Assembly (NCBI GenBank): GCA_013239625.1
Contig: MU056000.1
Span: 9,869,175 to 9,933,174 of the forward strand
Reading direction: 5' to 3'
DNA: 64,000 nt
Source: Lama guanicoe
Taxonomy: Eukaryota
In this document: positions 24,831 through 38,214 of the stretch, piece by piece
How the letters are laid out: every line of letters begins with the position of its first letter
How positions within the stretch are numbered: the first letter of the stretch is position 1
The notes under the pieces: model-generated
What the model was told of the DNA's origin: nothing
Database searches by the model: none
What the model saw: only the letters and a program-made list of their open reading frames with translations
Translations under genes and position numbers: made by a program

Positions 24831-26083
24831 GGCCCTGGCAGCCACACAAGGGTCCTAAGTTTCATATCCATGGTCACCATTTTGGGCTTCTTACATTGGT
24901 TCTAATACAAGAAAATCTCACCTTACACTTTCATGCACCATCTGCATTTTATCTCACTACTTTCTGGTACATCCATTTTAATCAGTATTTCACTTTAGAT
25001 TTGGAAAGCAATTTTTCTTCCCAGTATTTTTATCAGGTTAGAACAGTCTTTATCTGCATTTAGATGTACAGTTCAATTTCTCCCTCAAAAAAAAACTTTG
25101 AAATATACTCCAAAGTTATTTTTTCATTAAAAAATAAAAAATAAGTAATTAGATTCCATACTGAAAAATAAATGGACATATTCCATCTTTGTCTTGCAAA
25201 ACTGTCAGTTTCAAAGTATTGTTAACCCACATTGCAGATTACACACAGCTCACCTAAAATATTTCCTGCTATGTAAAAAAGGTTTTTTCTTTTTCTCTCT
25301 CCAAACCTGATATACTCAGGAAAGGAAAAGGATTTCTTATATTGACCTAAACTGTTAGAGTAGGAAAAAAAATTAACGTGTGACAGTAAATTATATAATC
25401 CTTTTCAAATTCAAGTATAAAAGATATTTAAGTTTTAGTGTCACTGTTCCCAAACAAGAAAAAACTGATAATACGCACATTAAGAGTTTAAACCACATCT
25501 TGTTTATAAATTGTTTTTTAAAAACCTTCAGAACATTATTAGATCATTGTACCCACTTTAAAATACAGTATTAGTTATGCACATACCTTTACAAGATAAA
25601 GCTGTCAAAAATCAAAATAATTAGGAATGGCAAAGCTAAAATAAAATTCAGTCACTATTATATTTTAACATGGGTCTATATAAAACGCTTAAATGCAAAG
25701 ATAGTCAGATACTACTCAGAACTCAGTGTCAACTAGAGCCTGACACAGTTTATGCTTGATTAAATAATTCTTGCATGAATAAATAAAATATTATGTTATA
25801 TTGAAACATTTTTCTTGTGCTACTAATGAAAATGCTTTAACTAATGATGATTAATTTTAGACTACTGGAAAGTCATTCTCTTAATCACATACCTGAAAAG
25901 AATATATTAGCACCATTACACAATTCTCAAATGAATTTAACTTCTTTATTGTTTAAGGGCCATGAGCTTATCTTTTACATTAGAGACTGATGGCTGGAAG
26001 CATTATAACTATGGTTATTTGCATAAAATATTAAAGGTTTATTTGTGGAAAAGGGTAGCAAATTTAGTTTTGAGGTACAGTAC

Positions 26084-26299
26084 CTGATACTTAGTCACCA
26101 TATCTTCTAGGCCTTCGATTCTAGAATCTTGCAGAACTGAATACGTCTTGAAGGTTGTAAAGATGTCCATTATCTTGGCAAGACGTCTATGGAAAGTTTC
26201 AAATTTTCCAAAAATATACATCTCACTAAACTCAAATTGTTTTTCATTTGGATCTTGTTTAAGCTTTTGTTTTGTCTTGTGAAAGCAGTGCTGGTATTC
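26084..26299 (-). CDS. DNAH5: DNAH5 exon 11 (216 nt, [12 protein letters not shown]...DMVTKYQ)
   Basis: actttaag| acceptor, CAG|GTACTG donor; ORF 26039..26335. Confidence 0.95.
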
Positions 26300-26831
26300 C
26301 TTAAAGTAAAGACCAAAATATAAGGATGGGAACATAACAAAGATCTCAACCTTATTCTCTAATGTGAAGGTGACGGCAAATTTAGGGTGGAATTGTGAAT
26401 CCTTTTAGTTTCATGCCTTTGTCACTACTCATTCATCAGCGTGGGACAGCATCTCTTCCCAGCCTCCAACCTGGCAAGCTCCGAATTGCTCATGATGCAA
26501 CTCAAGGATGCAGCCTTTCCACCTGCATCTCGGTATAAGCCGAACTGTCTATTTCCCTGTGAGTCTACGAGAAGCTTAAGGAAAACCACCTCATCCTTGT
26601 ATCTCTAGTATTTCGTGTGGTGTCAGGACACAGTAGGCCCCCAAAAAGGGTAGAGTAAGTGATTAAATCTGGGGGGCAGATTTATTAACATTCAATTTTC
26701 CTTAACAGTAAAGAACTGCTGCTCTTTTTAGCAACGACCAACACGATCAGCTATATGATTAAGACGCACTGGTGAAAACAATATGAAACTAATACAACAT
26801 TATCCAAAGACATCATTAAGCTGGCCGTTAC

Positions 26832-26954
26832 CTGCTTCAGTTTAATTGCAGACAGTATTTTCTCCACAACGACGTCCTGTGGCTGGCTCCAGATCGAAGC
26901 GGTTCCATTGTTGGTGATATACGCTTTACATGCGGATACCATCTGATTGGTCAC
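26832..26954 (-). CDS. DNAH5: DNAH5 exon 10 (123 nt, [14 protein letters not shown]...AIKLKQ)
   Basis: aattccag| acceptor, CAG|GTAACG donor; ORF 26751..26972. Confidence 0.96.
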
Positions 26955-27114
26955 CTGGAATTTCCCAAACAAATGACGTCAAGTACACTATGCAGCCATT
27001 GATCATAAATTGGGCTAGAGGGTCCTGACCTCTTCCACCTCTCAGAGTGAACCATCTGTGAACCTGAACTTTGGATTTACTTTTGTCCACCACATCTATA
27101 ATCAAGCAGTAGCC

Positions 27115-27500
27115 CATTTTTTCCAGCTTTATTGAAGTATAATTGATGCAATGTGTGTACCTTTAAGATGTACAGCATGATGCGTGGTATATACACATGA
27201 GGTGAAATGATTAGCACAACCCAGTGCTAACGCATCCATCACCTCGCATGATTACCATTTTGTGTGCATGTGCAGGGAAAACCTTAAGATCCGTTCTCTT
27301 ATCTCTTTCAGGGATATAGTGCAGTATTAACCACAGTCACCATGTAGAAAACTAGATCCCCAGAACTTAGTCATCTTATAACTGAAAGTCTGTAGCCCTT
27401 GACAACATCTCCCCATTTCTCAACACTCCTCAGCCTCCGGTAACCACCCTTCTACCCCATGCTTCTATTTGTTCAATTTTTTTTAATTCTACATGTATAG
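27115..27500 (-). mobile_element. L1 (L1MA-like) 3' end
   Basis: CAGCTTTATTGAAGTATAATTGA...TTAACCACAGTCACCATG...TCTTATAACTGAAAGT. Confidence 0.8.
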
Positions 27501-29006
27501 CATCAAAATCATTTGTAAAATCACAGTTAGAAGCACTATGGAAAATCAATCATTCAGATGAATGTGTTTATGCATAATGAATGTCTTAACCAACCAAGAG
27601 AGGGGACTCCCTTCCCTACCTAAAAGCTGTTGAGAGCCTCCCCAGTCTCCTTCAGCCTGCTCTCACATCCAACTCAACAGTTTCCAAGTGCCATGAACTA
27701 CCCAGTTCGTTTCATGACACCGTGATCGACAGCAGAAATGTCAAAAGGAGAAGGCAATAGACAAAAGGGTAAAGATAACATATGTGACCCCTAACATTTT
27801 ATTTATTCCTTCAAACTTTAAAAAAAAATCGTCAGAATTTTTGTGGTCATTTTGTTTGTAAATTCAAAGGAAAATTAGATGCCTGTGCTGTACGTTTGGA
27901 ACGACACAATGTCTGGGACTTGCGGCACAAAGGTTAAGTGAAACAAGATTGGCCACGTGTTGATAGCGAATGAATCTGGGTGATGTGTACATGGGGGTTC
28001 GGTATACAGTTCTGTTTTCTTTTGTACCTGCTTCAGTTTTTCCATAATGAAAGGTTTTTGAAAATGAGATAAATGGTGGTTTCACGATTTTCTTCTAAAA
28101 CAAGACTTGCCAATAACATGCGTGAAACCTGGAATAATAACACAACTTGACTTTTGAGGCTTCTAGTCAGAGAACAGGCCTCATGACCCTAATGTAATGT
28201 TAAAGTGTGAAAAAGGTGGGAAAGGATCCTGCGGACTGTCCTCCTTTCTACCTGAACATGGGAGCAAAAGGAAGTTTCCGTCAAGCTCTCCAAGCTAGAT
28301 GTCCCTATTCCCAGGAAGAATCCTGCCTCCCACTGCATCAGTGTTTACCACACAAGTCCTGAAGAGCTGAAAATGCCTCTATTTGAAGACAACATTCAAA
28401 ATTTTCGCCTTGATAATGAAAAAGCCATTTTCTTCTTAGAGACTGTTCAAAATGGGAAAGGCAACGTGCTCACCAATAAACACTTACAAGTTAGGACATA
28501 AGGTTTAAACAGCATTATGCTTTTTGGCAGAATCATTATAATTGCTTTATGGATTACTGGAACGTTCCAAGTGGCTTTTATTACCATGATTACTGTTCTA
28601 ATAACACCAGGTAAACAACTGTGGCATCAGATAAATTTGGAACTGCGGCACATAAAATATGAAACTGAAGATAGCCAGTTAAATAGAGTTTCTCTTAATT
28701 AAAATTTATCCAGTAGGAATAAATAATGTACTAAATAACATAGGGAAAGAAATTTCAAGAAGAATCTTTTTTCATTTTTATTATATAAATAATACAATAT
28801 TTATTATAATAATTACTTTGGGAAATCGTGTTTGTTTCATGCTTTGCTAGAATCAGCCTCCCATATACACTTACTTCTAGCTCTTTTGAGAGATTCAGCT
28901 TTTTTAAAAATTGTGGGGTACATAGACATTGGATTGTGCCAATCTGGTAATTTCTAACTGTCAAAAAATTAACCATTAGCAAAGAAATATAATGTTATGC
29001 ACTTAC

Positions 29007-29114
29007 CTTTACAAACAGAGACGTGATCTTCTCAGAGGTGTTATAGTAATGAGAGATACTGTAGATCATTTTAATTGCATTTATAAGTGTAGGAATAGCA
29101 TCAGTCATGGATAT
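29007..29114 (-). CDS. DNAH5: DNAH5 exon 9 (108 nt, [36 protein letters not shown])
   Basis: gtcttccag| acceptor, AAG|GTAAGT donor. Confidence 0.96.
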
Positions 29115-29761
29115 CTGGAAGACAGCACAGAAGTTTTCAGGAAAACAGGTATCAAATTCAGCAAAATTCTGATAGGCTGATCATTCCATCTGCATTAGGA
29201 TAAAATTTAGGCAAAAGATTTTTATTTAAATTTTTAAAATATTATCTAACATTTTACATAAATATAATATATTTAGAGGTAATTTTATTTTTACCCTTTA
29301 GTCATAGACAAGTAAGCTTTGTTTCAATGCAAGAAACACTAACTTTCTATTAATAGCAAGGAGGCTGTGTTAACAGTAATAAAAAAAAGGGCACCCCCTA
29401 GAGTTACATGATTGAAAAAAAAAAAGCTGATGACTCTTCCCACAGTTGTTTGAGTTTAGTCCAGAATGTCAATTGCAATATTTAATGGAAAATGGACTGT
29501 GCAATAAATGTTTTTAAAATATAACGTTGAGTATCCATCTTAGATAGATAAATAGATGATAGATTGATAGAGATACATAAATACATAGAAATAGATGTGT
29601 GTGTGCACACACACACACATATAAACTCTCTTGAGAATGAACAGATGTTTCTAAGACTTTCCCAACAGACTATACTATTTACAAACCAAAAACTCCACAC
29701 TCAAGTCAGCTAGTGTAAAAGGGTCATCAGTAGACCAAGGGGATAGAAATCTCTAACTCAC

Positions 29762-29875
29762 AGGGTCACTACTGTACAAGGGGTCGCAGCACTTCTCAAG
29801 CGTGTACAAATATTTGACGTTGTCCTTTGCTTCATTAGCTGCATCAGTAATTCGAATATCCATCTCCCGCCAAGT
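29762..29875 (-). CDS. DNAH5: DNAH5 exon 8 (114 nt, [38 protein letters not shown])
   Basis: gtgcttag| acceptor, CCT|GTGAGT donor; EAKDNVKYL dynein tail motif. Confidence 0.96.
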
Positions 29876-30224
29876 CTAAGCACAAGACAGCAAAGCAATG
29901 TTAATGCAATTATTGATACAGAAACTTCCAATACAACAGCTGCTAAACGTCATCACAAGCCCTGGGGGTCAGACTCTCAGTCTGTCCTGTCCGTCTCACA
30001 TGAAACTGAATCCAGAGTGGTGAAGGGCATGACCACACTGAAGAGCAATGTTTTAATTTTGGCTAAATTTTTTACCGTATCTCTTCCAGGTCATCTCTTA
30101 TGAAATCTATTGAATTGCTAAGACAGAGCATCAAGAGGCAACTCCTCCATTTAAACCTGTACCTCCTCTCCTCCACTGGCTGCTGGATCCAAATGGCACC
30201 TCATTCCCGTATTTTCTATAGTAA

Positions 30225-30492
30225 AGAACTGAAAGAAACCTCTGGGCAGCCAGCAAGGAACTGAATCCTACAACTACCACATGAGCAACTTGGAAGCAGA
30301 TCCTCCCCAGTCTGACCTTCAGACGAGTCAACATCCTCCCTGCAATCTCAGGAGAGATTCTGAGTCAGATGCTCCCAGCTAAGCTGCACCCAGATCTCTT
30401 CCTGGCCCACAGACCTTGAGATAATAAATGTTCGTTGTTTCAGGTTGCTAAGTTTTAGAGTAGTTTGTTACACTGGACAGAGAACAAATACA
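30225..30492 (+). mobile_element. MaLR LTR 3' part (MLT1-family)
   Basis: CAGCCAGCAAGGAACTGAATCCT...TTGGAAGCAGATCCTCCCCAG...GAGATAATAAATGTTCGTTGTTTC. Confidence 0.75.
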
Positions 30493-30768
30493 CTAATGTA
30501 TAACTCAATTGCTTTGCTGTACACATGAAACTAACACATTAAATCAACTATACTTCAACAAAAAATAAGAATTAAAAAAGGAAATATACTAGTGTTTAAA
30601 AAAAATAAGGTAAGTTCATTACTACTACTCCTTGTTGGTCTGAATTCATAATATATATACAGTCATGTCATTATGTTACATCTTAATGACTTGCAATGCC
30701 CTCTAATAACATATATACATACTTTTACACCAGCCAACGAATACCTTTCATTCAAAGGCTATTTCCAT

Positions 30769-30920
30769 GGTGAAGCACATGCCTAGCATTCACAAGGTCC
30801 TGGGTTCAACCCCCAGTACCTCCTCTAAAAATAAATGAACCTTATTACCTCCCCCTCTGCCAAAATGAAATAAATAATATAATTTTTAAAAAACATACCA
30901 CAAAACTAAATAAATTTTAA
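30769..30920 (+). mobile_element. Camelid-type SINE, 5'-truncated
   Basis: B-box GGTTCAACCCC and tail; TSD AAAG(G/T)CTATTTCCAT at 30754-30768 and 30921-30935. Confidence 0.85.
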
Positions 30921-31078
30921 AAAGTCTATTTCCATAGCATCCAAAATTATAAAAGGGCAATATTATCCAATCTTAAGAGTTTTTTTCATAAAGGCAGAAT
31001 AACATTTTTCTGTTCCTAACTACCCTACGGGCTCTGCATAGAGAATTTTCATCCCTACTTCACAAAGCAAAAAGCAAC

Positions 31079-31255
31079 CTTCAGAAGTTTCGACTTGGCA
31101 GCAGCAAGCACTGCCAACACAGCCTTCACATCTGGGCTCTTCAATTGATCCAAAAGGTAGTTAAATTTAGATAGTCTTTTTTTCCAGTGCTCCAACTCTG
31201 CTCGCGGCCCAAGGTCATCTGCTTCCTTCCGCAGCTGGTTGTTTTCAGCAAGAAC
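31079..31255 (-). CDS. DNAH5: DNAH5 exon 7 (177 nt, [25 protein letters not shown]...KSKLLK)
   Basis: ctttacag| acceptor, AAG|GTTGCT donor; GPxxELExW motif typical of the dynein DHC_N1 region. Confidence 0.96.
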
Positions 31256-31983
31256 CTGTAAAGGCACAGGAGAATCATGAACCAAGGAGCAGGGTTGGAG
31301 ATACGGAAGTGATACATAAGAAAAACAAAAGGAAATAAGTAAATGATGCTATCTGAACCAGGATATATTTGTATTCATTTGCATGCTTCGCATGACAGGC
31401 TTTTACTAACCTAACATGTATCCACTTTTTAAATTTCAACATTCTAACTGAAAACAACCTGTTTAAGGAGCTTTAACGAACTTTTGAAAGGCCTGACCTA
31501 AGAAAGTTTCCTTGGCTATTCACTTACAGCCTTGGAGCCCCCATGCCTTCAGTTGGTCAATTTCCACTGTGCTTACTGATGTAATGTCCACTCTCACTTG
31601 GAATTTTTCTGAAAATATTTTTTAAAGGCTAAGTCTCAAGCTTTGTTTTGGAGGACACACTGAACTAGAAAGCTCCTTGTACTTCGCTCCAAAGTAACTT
31701 ATACTTCAAGAAAATAATCAGCCAAGGACAGCCTTTCAGATATATAAGAATATAAAGCCATTTATTTTCATCTCCTAGAATTCTTCTTATCTCTTCTTAA
31801 CTAATGCCTATGAATTAAAATTGCACTGACCCTTTCCCCTTTTTAGGGACTTGTGGTAAAATACTGAGGCAAATAGGAACGGGATGTGATAGACCTTCTT
31901 CCACTGGCTGGCTCAGTAACGTGGCATCTGAACTAGTCGGTGTTAAGACAGCTAGTTTCTGGTGCTTGGTTGCTGAAACTTAC

Positions 31984-32121
31984 CTGTTCTGCCTGCTTGA
32001 TCCATACTTTCATACAGCCTTCTATTCTTTCCAAAGTCTCAGGGTTATTAGCCAGAGCCAGGTAGTCGATCGGTTCCTTTAAGGTTTTCAGTTCCAATAT
32101 GTCGCACTTTTGAAGGTTCAC
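31984..32121 (-). CDS. DNAH5: DNAH5 exon 6 (138 nt, [12 protein letters not shown]...WIKQAEQ)
   Basis: ttaattag| acceptor, CAG|GTAAGT donor; ORF 31933..32121. Confidence 0.96.
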
Positions 32122-32160
32122 CTAATTAAAATGAAAGTTAAATAAGATGATGCTATTTTA

Positions 32161-32204
32161 ACACATGCACGCACGCATGCACACGCACACACACGCACAC
32201 ACAC
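32161..32204 (+). repeat. Imperfect (CA)n/(CACG)n microsatellite
   Basis: acacatgcacgcacgcatgcacacgcacacacacgcacacacac. Confidence 0.9.
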
Positions 32205-33471
32205 TTTGGGTTGATTGACAGGCTGAGAAGGATCTTAGAGGATCCTCTAACCTAACCTACCCTGCTCCCTGAGAAAGATGCATGAAGGACCTGACATGCT
32301 GCCCGAACCTCCCCAGACCCTGAGCACACAGGTAGAAATGATTGGCTCTGATGTCAAATTTTGGGTCGAAAAAATAAAAACAGTAAACTAGAGAGGGAAA
32401 GAGACAGATCTAATATCACGGAATTTGGGGATAAATACGGAACTTGGGAAATTGAAGAGTCAACTCACGAAGCCAAAGAAAGTGGGGGGCTTCAAAAGAA
32501 CTGATTTAAGGGAGGGGTAAGTTCTAATCTATCGCGTTCTTTTTTGAAACTAACCAGAGGAAAAACTCTCATTTCCTTACCTCCCAAATCCTTATAGTCA
32601 GCAAGTGCAATGGCAAAAACACAGATTCATTTTCAGAATGAAGGGAAGAGAGGCGTAGGAAAGGATATGCATTGGATTTTGATGTGACAGAGAAACCCAG
32701 TATATTTTTCAACACACACAACCCACAAGGACTTCGACATTTGATAAGAACATTTTCCTCCTGGTACAGGTGCACCTGGCCCTGTGAATCTCTAAATTCA
32801 GATCTCAGGCCCTCCTCCACACTGGATCTTTTTTTAATACCTCTACCACAGTATGAAGTGGAACCACGTGAAAGCACTGCTTTTTTCAGTCGAATAACTA
32901 TTTAAGTTGGTTCAACCTGCATTTAGTATGGCCTGCATGATCGCTATATATATATATGTATCTCAGAGGTTAGCTAGAATCATCCTGCCCCTTTCTGGAT
33001 AAAATTTACTCAACTTCCCCATTCTACATCCTTTAGAAAGCATAGTACCTTCCTCCCTCCCAATATCCCAACAGGTCCCAAAAGCTCTCAGTATTCCCTG
33101 GAGAGCAGTGAGTGTTACATCATCATTGGTCTCATGGAATCCATCCTTTCTCTCCCACTCATGCCTGATCTAGGTGGTCATCTATCATGGTTTTGCACCC
33201 ACCATCCTCTACCCCAAGCAATCACTAACGCAGGCTTACTGTAGATGGCACAAAATCTATGGAAGCTAAACCCCACAAATGCCAAAGTTATTCTTAAAGG
33301 CCCTTTTGGTCACTGGCTGGACCACAGGTCCTGACCCACTCTCTCCAGATGTCAGTTCTTCTCCACCTCTTCAGGATTTCCTTCCCCCTCCCCACCCACC
33401 CACCTACATGCACACGCATTGATCTGTTCACTGTCCAATAATTTTTGAAGCAACAACATCTTTATTCATAC

Positions 33472-33693
33472 CTTCTCCTTCAAACTCTCCTGAGCACCCG
33501 ACAGGACATTCACAAAGCCTTCCAGGGAGCCCAGGAACTCCTGGCGAATACTGGCTGCTTCCGGAAGCCCCTCGAGCTCGCCCCAGCCATGGCTCGTGGC
33601 TCTGAGAGCAGGAATGAAGATGTCGGACAGCAAACGTCTCACGCTGTTAAGCAGGCCCCCATCTGCGGTGTCTAACACATTGAAGCTCACCTC
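33472..33693 (-). CDS. DNAH5: DNAH5 exon 5 (222 nt, [13 protein letters not shown]...QESLKEK)
   Basis: ttttccag| acceptor, AAG|GTATGA donor; ORF 33466..33774. Confidence 0.96.
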
Positions 33694-33789
33694 CTGGAAA
33701 ACGATTGGGAGAACATTTACTATAAAAATGACCCTCAACTGCAGCGTAACTCCTGAGTCATTTCTGCATGACATTCATTAACTAAATGT

Positions 33790-34330
33790 CCTGTGGGCGT
33801 AAATGAAGACCAACCACATGAGAAGCAAAGCAAAGGCTGTTTATTCAGAGCAAGACTCTATTCCTTGCGATAGCAAGAGAGTCGGCCACCATCACCTGCA
33901 TTTCGGCAGAGACTCAAAGGCAGACGGAGGAGTGGGAAAGCTTCCTAGTGGAGAAAAGGGAGGCACCGAGGTGCCCTGATGGGAGGCTGTTGGCCTGGGG
34001 AAGCTGGAGGCAGGCTAACGAGAAGCAGGGCATCCTATGTGATGGGTTAATGGTGAAGATTTGGCTTTCTCTGGTTGGTCCCAATAAAGTTGTTGAAAGT
34101 ATGGACAAAAATGAAGGAGGCTGGCAGTCATGAATCAAGTCCTGGGCATTCTGACCAACGGATACAGAGTTACTGTTTCATTTCCCAGCTGGCTTCCTAC
34201 CTGGCTGACACAGCAGGCTGGCTACCTATGCTGTTTATTGCAGGTAAGGAGGTTGATTTCCTGGGCAGGTTGCTGAAAGTTGTGCATCAAAGTTCTACTT
34301 GTAGATGGTCTGACCCTTGTCTGTTTGTAT
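33790..34330 (-). mobile_element. Probable ERV solo LTR, family not assigned
   Basis: About 540-bp block with a minus-strand AATAAA near the left end and LTR-like composition. Confidence 0.5.
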
Positions 34331-34541
34331 ATTCAGTCCTTCAATTCAGTAAATTATTTTGATATTTAGTTAAGACATAAGCTTTATACTATTCTAAATT
34401 ACAATCATTGAAATAAAAGCATGAAATAAACAGAACACAAGGACGTTTACCAGTTTATTTGCTCCAAGCAGGTAACACACCATTGAGGGCAGAGGAGACT
34501 TGTCCACATGCACTTTATTTTGCAGAAAAAATAAAATTATA

Positions 34542-34768
34542 GAGTTGACCTTGAGCAACACAGGGGTTATGGCCTCCCACCCTCCGCCCAGTCAGAAAAT
34601 CCGAGTGTAACTTAAAGTTGGCTATCCGTATCTACAGTTCCTTACCTCTGGTCCCACTTCCTCAGATTCAACCAATCGCGAACCATATAGTACTGCAGTA
34701 TATATTATTGAAAAAAAAAACCCATGTATAAATGGACCCGTGCAGTTCAAACCTGTGTTGTTCAAGGC
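34542..34768 (-). mobile_element. Tigger2a-like TcMar MITE
   Basis: Terminal inverted repeats GTTGACCTTGAGCAACACAGG / CCTGTGTTGTTCAAGG; GGACCCGTGCAGTTCAAA. Confidence 0.8.
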
Positions 34769-35105
34769 TATATCCACTTTACTAGATCTTATTTTAAATG
34801 TCTGAAATTTACCATTAAGTAAATTATATATAGGGGAATTCTTTTTAAAAGGAAAGACCTCACTGTTTAACAGACACACACAATGCTATATAAAATTTTG
34901 TCAATAAATTGGATATTAAGTCCTTTTAACAGATTTCAAGGAAATGTCCTCTTAGCTGTTTGTTTTAAGTGCTTGTAACACACTTCTTTGAAAGCAGTTT
35001 TAAATATTTAATGAAGAGAATAGCTGTCTCCATAGGGAGGGATTTTTTGGTAGACTTTGTGTGATTTGGTGCAATTCGGGATGAAGGACTGCAGCTGCCT
35101 CTTAC

Positions 35106-35266
35106 CCGGTGGATGTTCTCAGGGGTGATGGCTCTGGAAGGGTTGGTCCGGATGAAGAACACACAAAGCCCAGTAAGAGCAACATCTTTTCCCTCGGTCA
35201 CAAACACCTGAGGTTTTTTCACCTTTCCAGAAATAGGATTGGCTCCTCCTGGAGAGCCGAGTTGTC
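35106..35266 (-). CDS. DNAH5: DNAH5 exon 4 (161 nt, [26 protein letters not shown]...PENIHR)
   Basis: tttgtag| acceptor, CGG|GTAAGA donor; overlaps ORF 34965..35222. Confidence 0.95.
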
Positions 35267-35867
35267 CTACAAATGCAGAAGAATTTTAGTTTTACAAACT
35301 GTTTACAGTACATGTGGTCACCTCTTCAAATGAAGTTTCATTGTTAAACACTGTCATGTTGACTTTTCCATGTGCCCTAGAAACTCCACCACCTGGACAA
35401 CCTCTAACGTGGGCCCTGAAGGGATCTAAAAAGGTCTGCTTTTTCATGGTGATCATTTTGTGATGTAAAAAGTATCAACTCACCATGTTGTACACCTGAA
35501 ACTAACATAATATTGCAAGCCAATTGTATGTCAATAAAAAATAAATAAAGAATAATAAATAAAAGGATCTGCTTGATTCCAGATCACAGGTTCATTTCAA
35601 AATTATTGTTCTAGGAAAAAACAGGAATGGAAGGAGCAGGAATAAGACAGTTTGGTCCAGAGCAGATTCTTGCTAGAGCTACAAAGTCATCATTCATGGG
35701 CGCAGTGAGAAAGGGTGAGGGAGGAGACAGGATCTACCAGCATGTGTCGTGTGCCAGGCCCTGTGCTTGGTACCATGTCTGCATTACTCAAACTCCCTAC
35801 AACCCTGAAGGCAGCTGTGACCCGGCCCCAAGTCACAGCCAACAGAGCCAAGATCAAAAACCAGTTC

Positions 35868-36012
35868 TTCTTTTTTTTTTTGTATTATTATTTTTTTGGC
35901 AGGGGAAGGTAATTAGGTTTTATATTTATTTTTAGAGGAGGTACTGGGGATTGAACCCAGGACCTCATGCATGCTAAGCATACGCTCTACCGCTTGAGCT
36001 ATACCCTCCTGC
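35868..36012 (-). mobile_element. Camelid-type SINE
   Basis: Reverse-complement body with T-rich tail; imperfect TSD AAAAA(C/GA)CAGTTCT. Confidence 0.87.
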
Positions 36013-37703
36013 CAAAAAGACAGTTCTGACTACAGAACTCCAGCATCTCCACTCCTGCTGTCGTGGTCTTGCTGGTCCTGGAGGCAGGAGAGAGTGGAGG
36101 CAGTGGCGGCAGTGATGAGTGGTGTGGGCTCTACAGACAGATTCCCCAGGCTTCCATCTCATGCTGCACTTCCTAGCCACGTGACCCGAGTGAGTTACTT
36201 AATCTTTCTGTGCCTCAGTCCTCTCATCTGAGCCAGGCCCAGAGAATCCAGGTCAGCCAGCTCATGGCAGGTGCCAGTCAAGAAAAAGCTCTGCTGCCAT
36301 CTCTTACCTACCCCTTGTCTCTGCCCTGCTTCAAGCCCGACACCGTCAGAAACTGGGGTTAACATGATGGGAGCAAGGGGCTGAAGGGTAAGTTGAGGGA
36401 GAAAAGGAGAACCATGGGCCCTTCTCCCACCAAAAATGTCGAATTTCTGAGGCCTCTGCTGCCAGCGAGTGGGGGATGCAAGGAAGAGGAAGGACCAAGA
36501 GTGGAGAAGATTTAACTTTAGATCAACTAGTTTTGACAAATTGTGTATTTTTAGTTTTAGTTTTGTGAATTGGATGATGTTTGTAACTATAAGCAACCAT
36601 AGGAACTTTTCCTACCTAAGAGCGTCCAGAAAAGTCATGGGATTGTCTTAATTTCAGTCCAAGGTCAGAAAAAAAGCTACTCCTACTGAGAAGGTTTAGA
36701 GAAAGAGTAGGAAACAAGAACAAGCTTGCATGTGTGTTTACACCCCGTGAACCCTTCTTATTCGATGTAAGATTTACACCTAAAGGCCAGCTTCCCCAGG
36801 TGCACAGTTCATGAGTGAAGGTAACATTCACCTGACCTTATGTTTTGTAATCTGGGATAGAACTGAAAATTTCTGTCTTGTTTTGATTTTTCACTCAAAA
36901 TGTAATGCCCTTTCTGACCACAAAATATCAAATGGATAATGCGGGGAAAATGCCGGTCACTTTGAGTATGCATGATTTCCTCCATTTTCAAACAAAAAAG
37001 CATGGTCATTCTCTACGCCAAGGGCAATAACTATTTTCCCTTTCTTCAGAAAGGGCATAAAAGGACTGCACGTGATATTTTAATATAATCACAACATATC
37101 TGTTTATGTCCCTAGTTTGGCTTTAAAATTATATTAATTCACATAAAAGTAGAATGGGATATGTCAGTTGAATCCGCATAAAGATTTGCAAGTTTCCCTT
37201 AAATGAAAATGACTAAACTTGTCGTTCAATATTATTCATTTGAATCACAGTCAGTAGAAAATAAACATGATGTGATATTTAACTGGAAAATTCCTGTTAT
37301 GCTCACTGCCAACATTTTCTATGTTAAAAAGAAATAGAGAAGAAACAGCTGCCCAAAAGAAGTTCCAGAACATAACTGCATAGATTGAACGAACACATAA
37401 GAAAAGGAAGGCTCAAAACGTACATTATTTTATTATCTTCAATTACAGCACAGCCTGAAAAGGAAAACAAAATAGCCCAAATAAAGTTAGACCAATCAGG
37501 CTAAATACCCACCATTATCTGCCCTTTGCTTGAGATGAAAACAGAACCTGTTCCACTGGGCCTCACCCACCACACCTTACTACTCCCACCTGCCCCACCT
37601 CCCAGGTAGAAGCGGCCAGTTCTCACAGTGCCTTCTGCGTCACGTCATGAGTGGATAAATCCAACAACACATGTCTGGGTTACGTCACATCATGTTTGCA
37701 TAC

Positions 37704-37788
37704 CTGTTTCTGCCACCTCCACATCCTGATAGTAAAACATGAGGTGGCGGAGACCTCCAACAGCAAAAAGCTGGTCGATTCTTTCAAT
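37704..37788 (-). CDS. DNAH5: DNAH5 exon 3 (85 nt, [28 protein letters not shown])
   Basis: ccccccag| acceptor, CAG|GTATGC donor. Confidence 0.95.
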
Positions 37789-38214
37789 CTGGGGGGACAA
37801 AAGGGCCAGGGTGAATCAGAAACCACATTTAAATCAGCACTGACTGTCATCTTTCTTATTCAGATAGGATTGCCACTCACGTAAACCATGTAGAAGGGAT
37901 CATATTTTTTTAACACAAAAATCATGAAAGAATAAACATCTTACTTAATGTCTTACTTAATTTTAGTAAAGATTCAATTCAAAGAAGTAATTTGATTAGT
38001 CATAAAAGTATTTGATACATACGCACATTTGAAAAGAGATTGTCCCTCCAAGTTTGCTAATTTCCTAAAGTGCTGAACTGCTAAAGACAGGTATAAATAC
38101 AGACGAGTATTTCATTTTCACCCTACTGCAGATCAGAAAGCGAGAACAAACCTTTCAAAATCCAGTCTAACATACTGCAGGTAAGTAATATTAAACTGCC
38201 ATGACGAGAGCATG

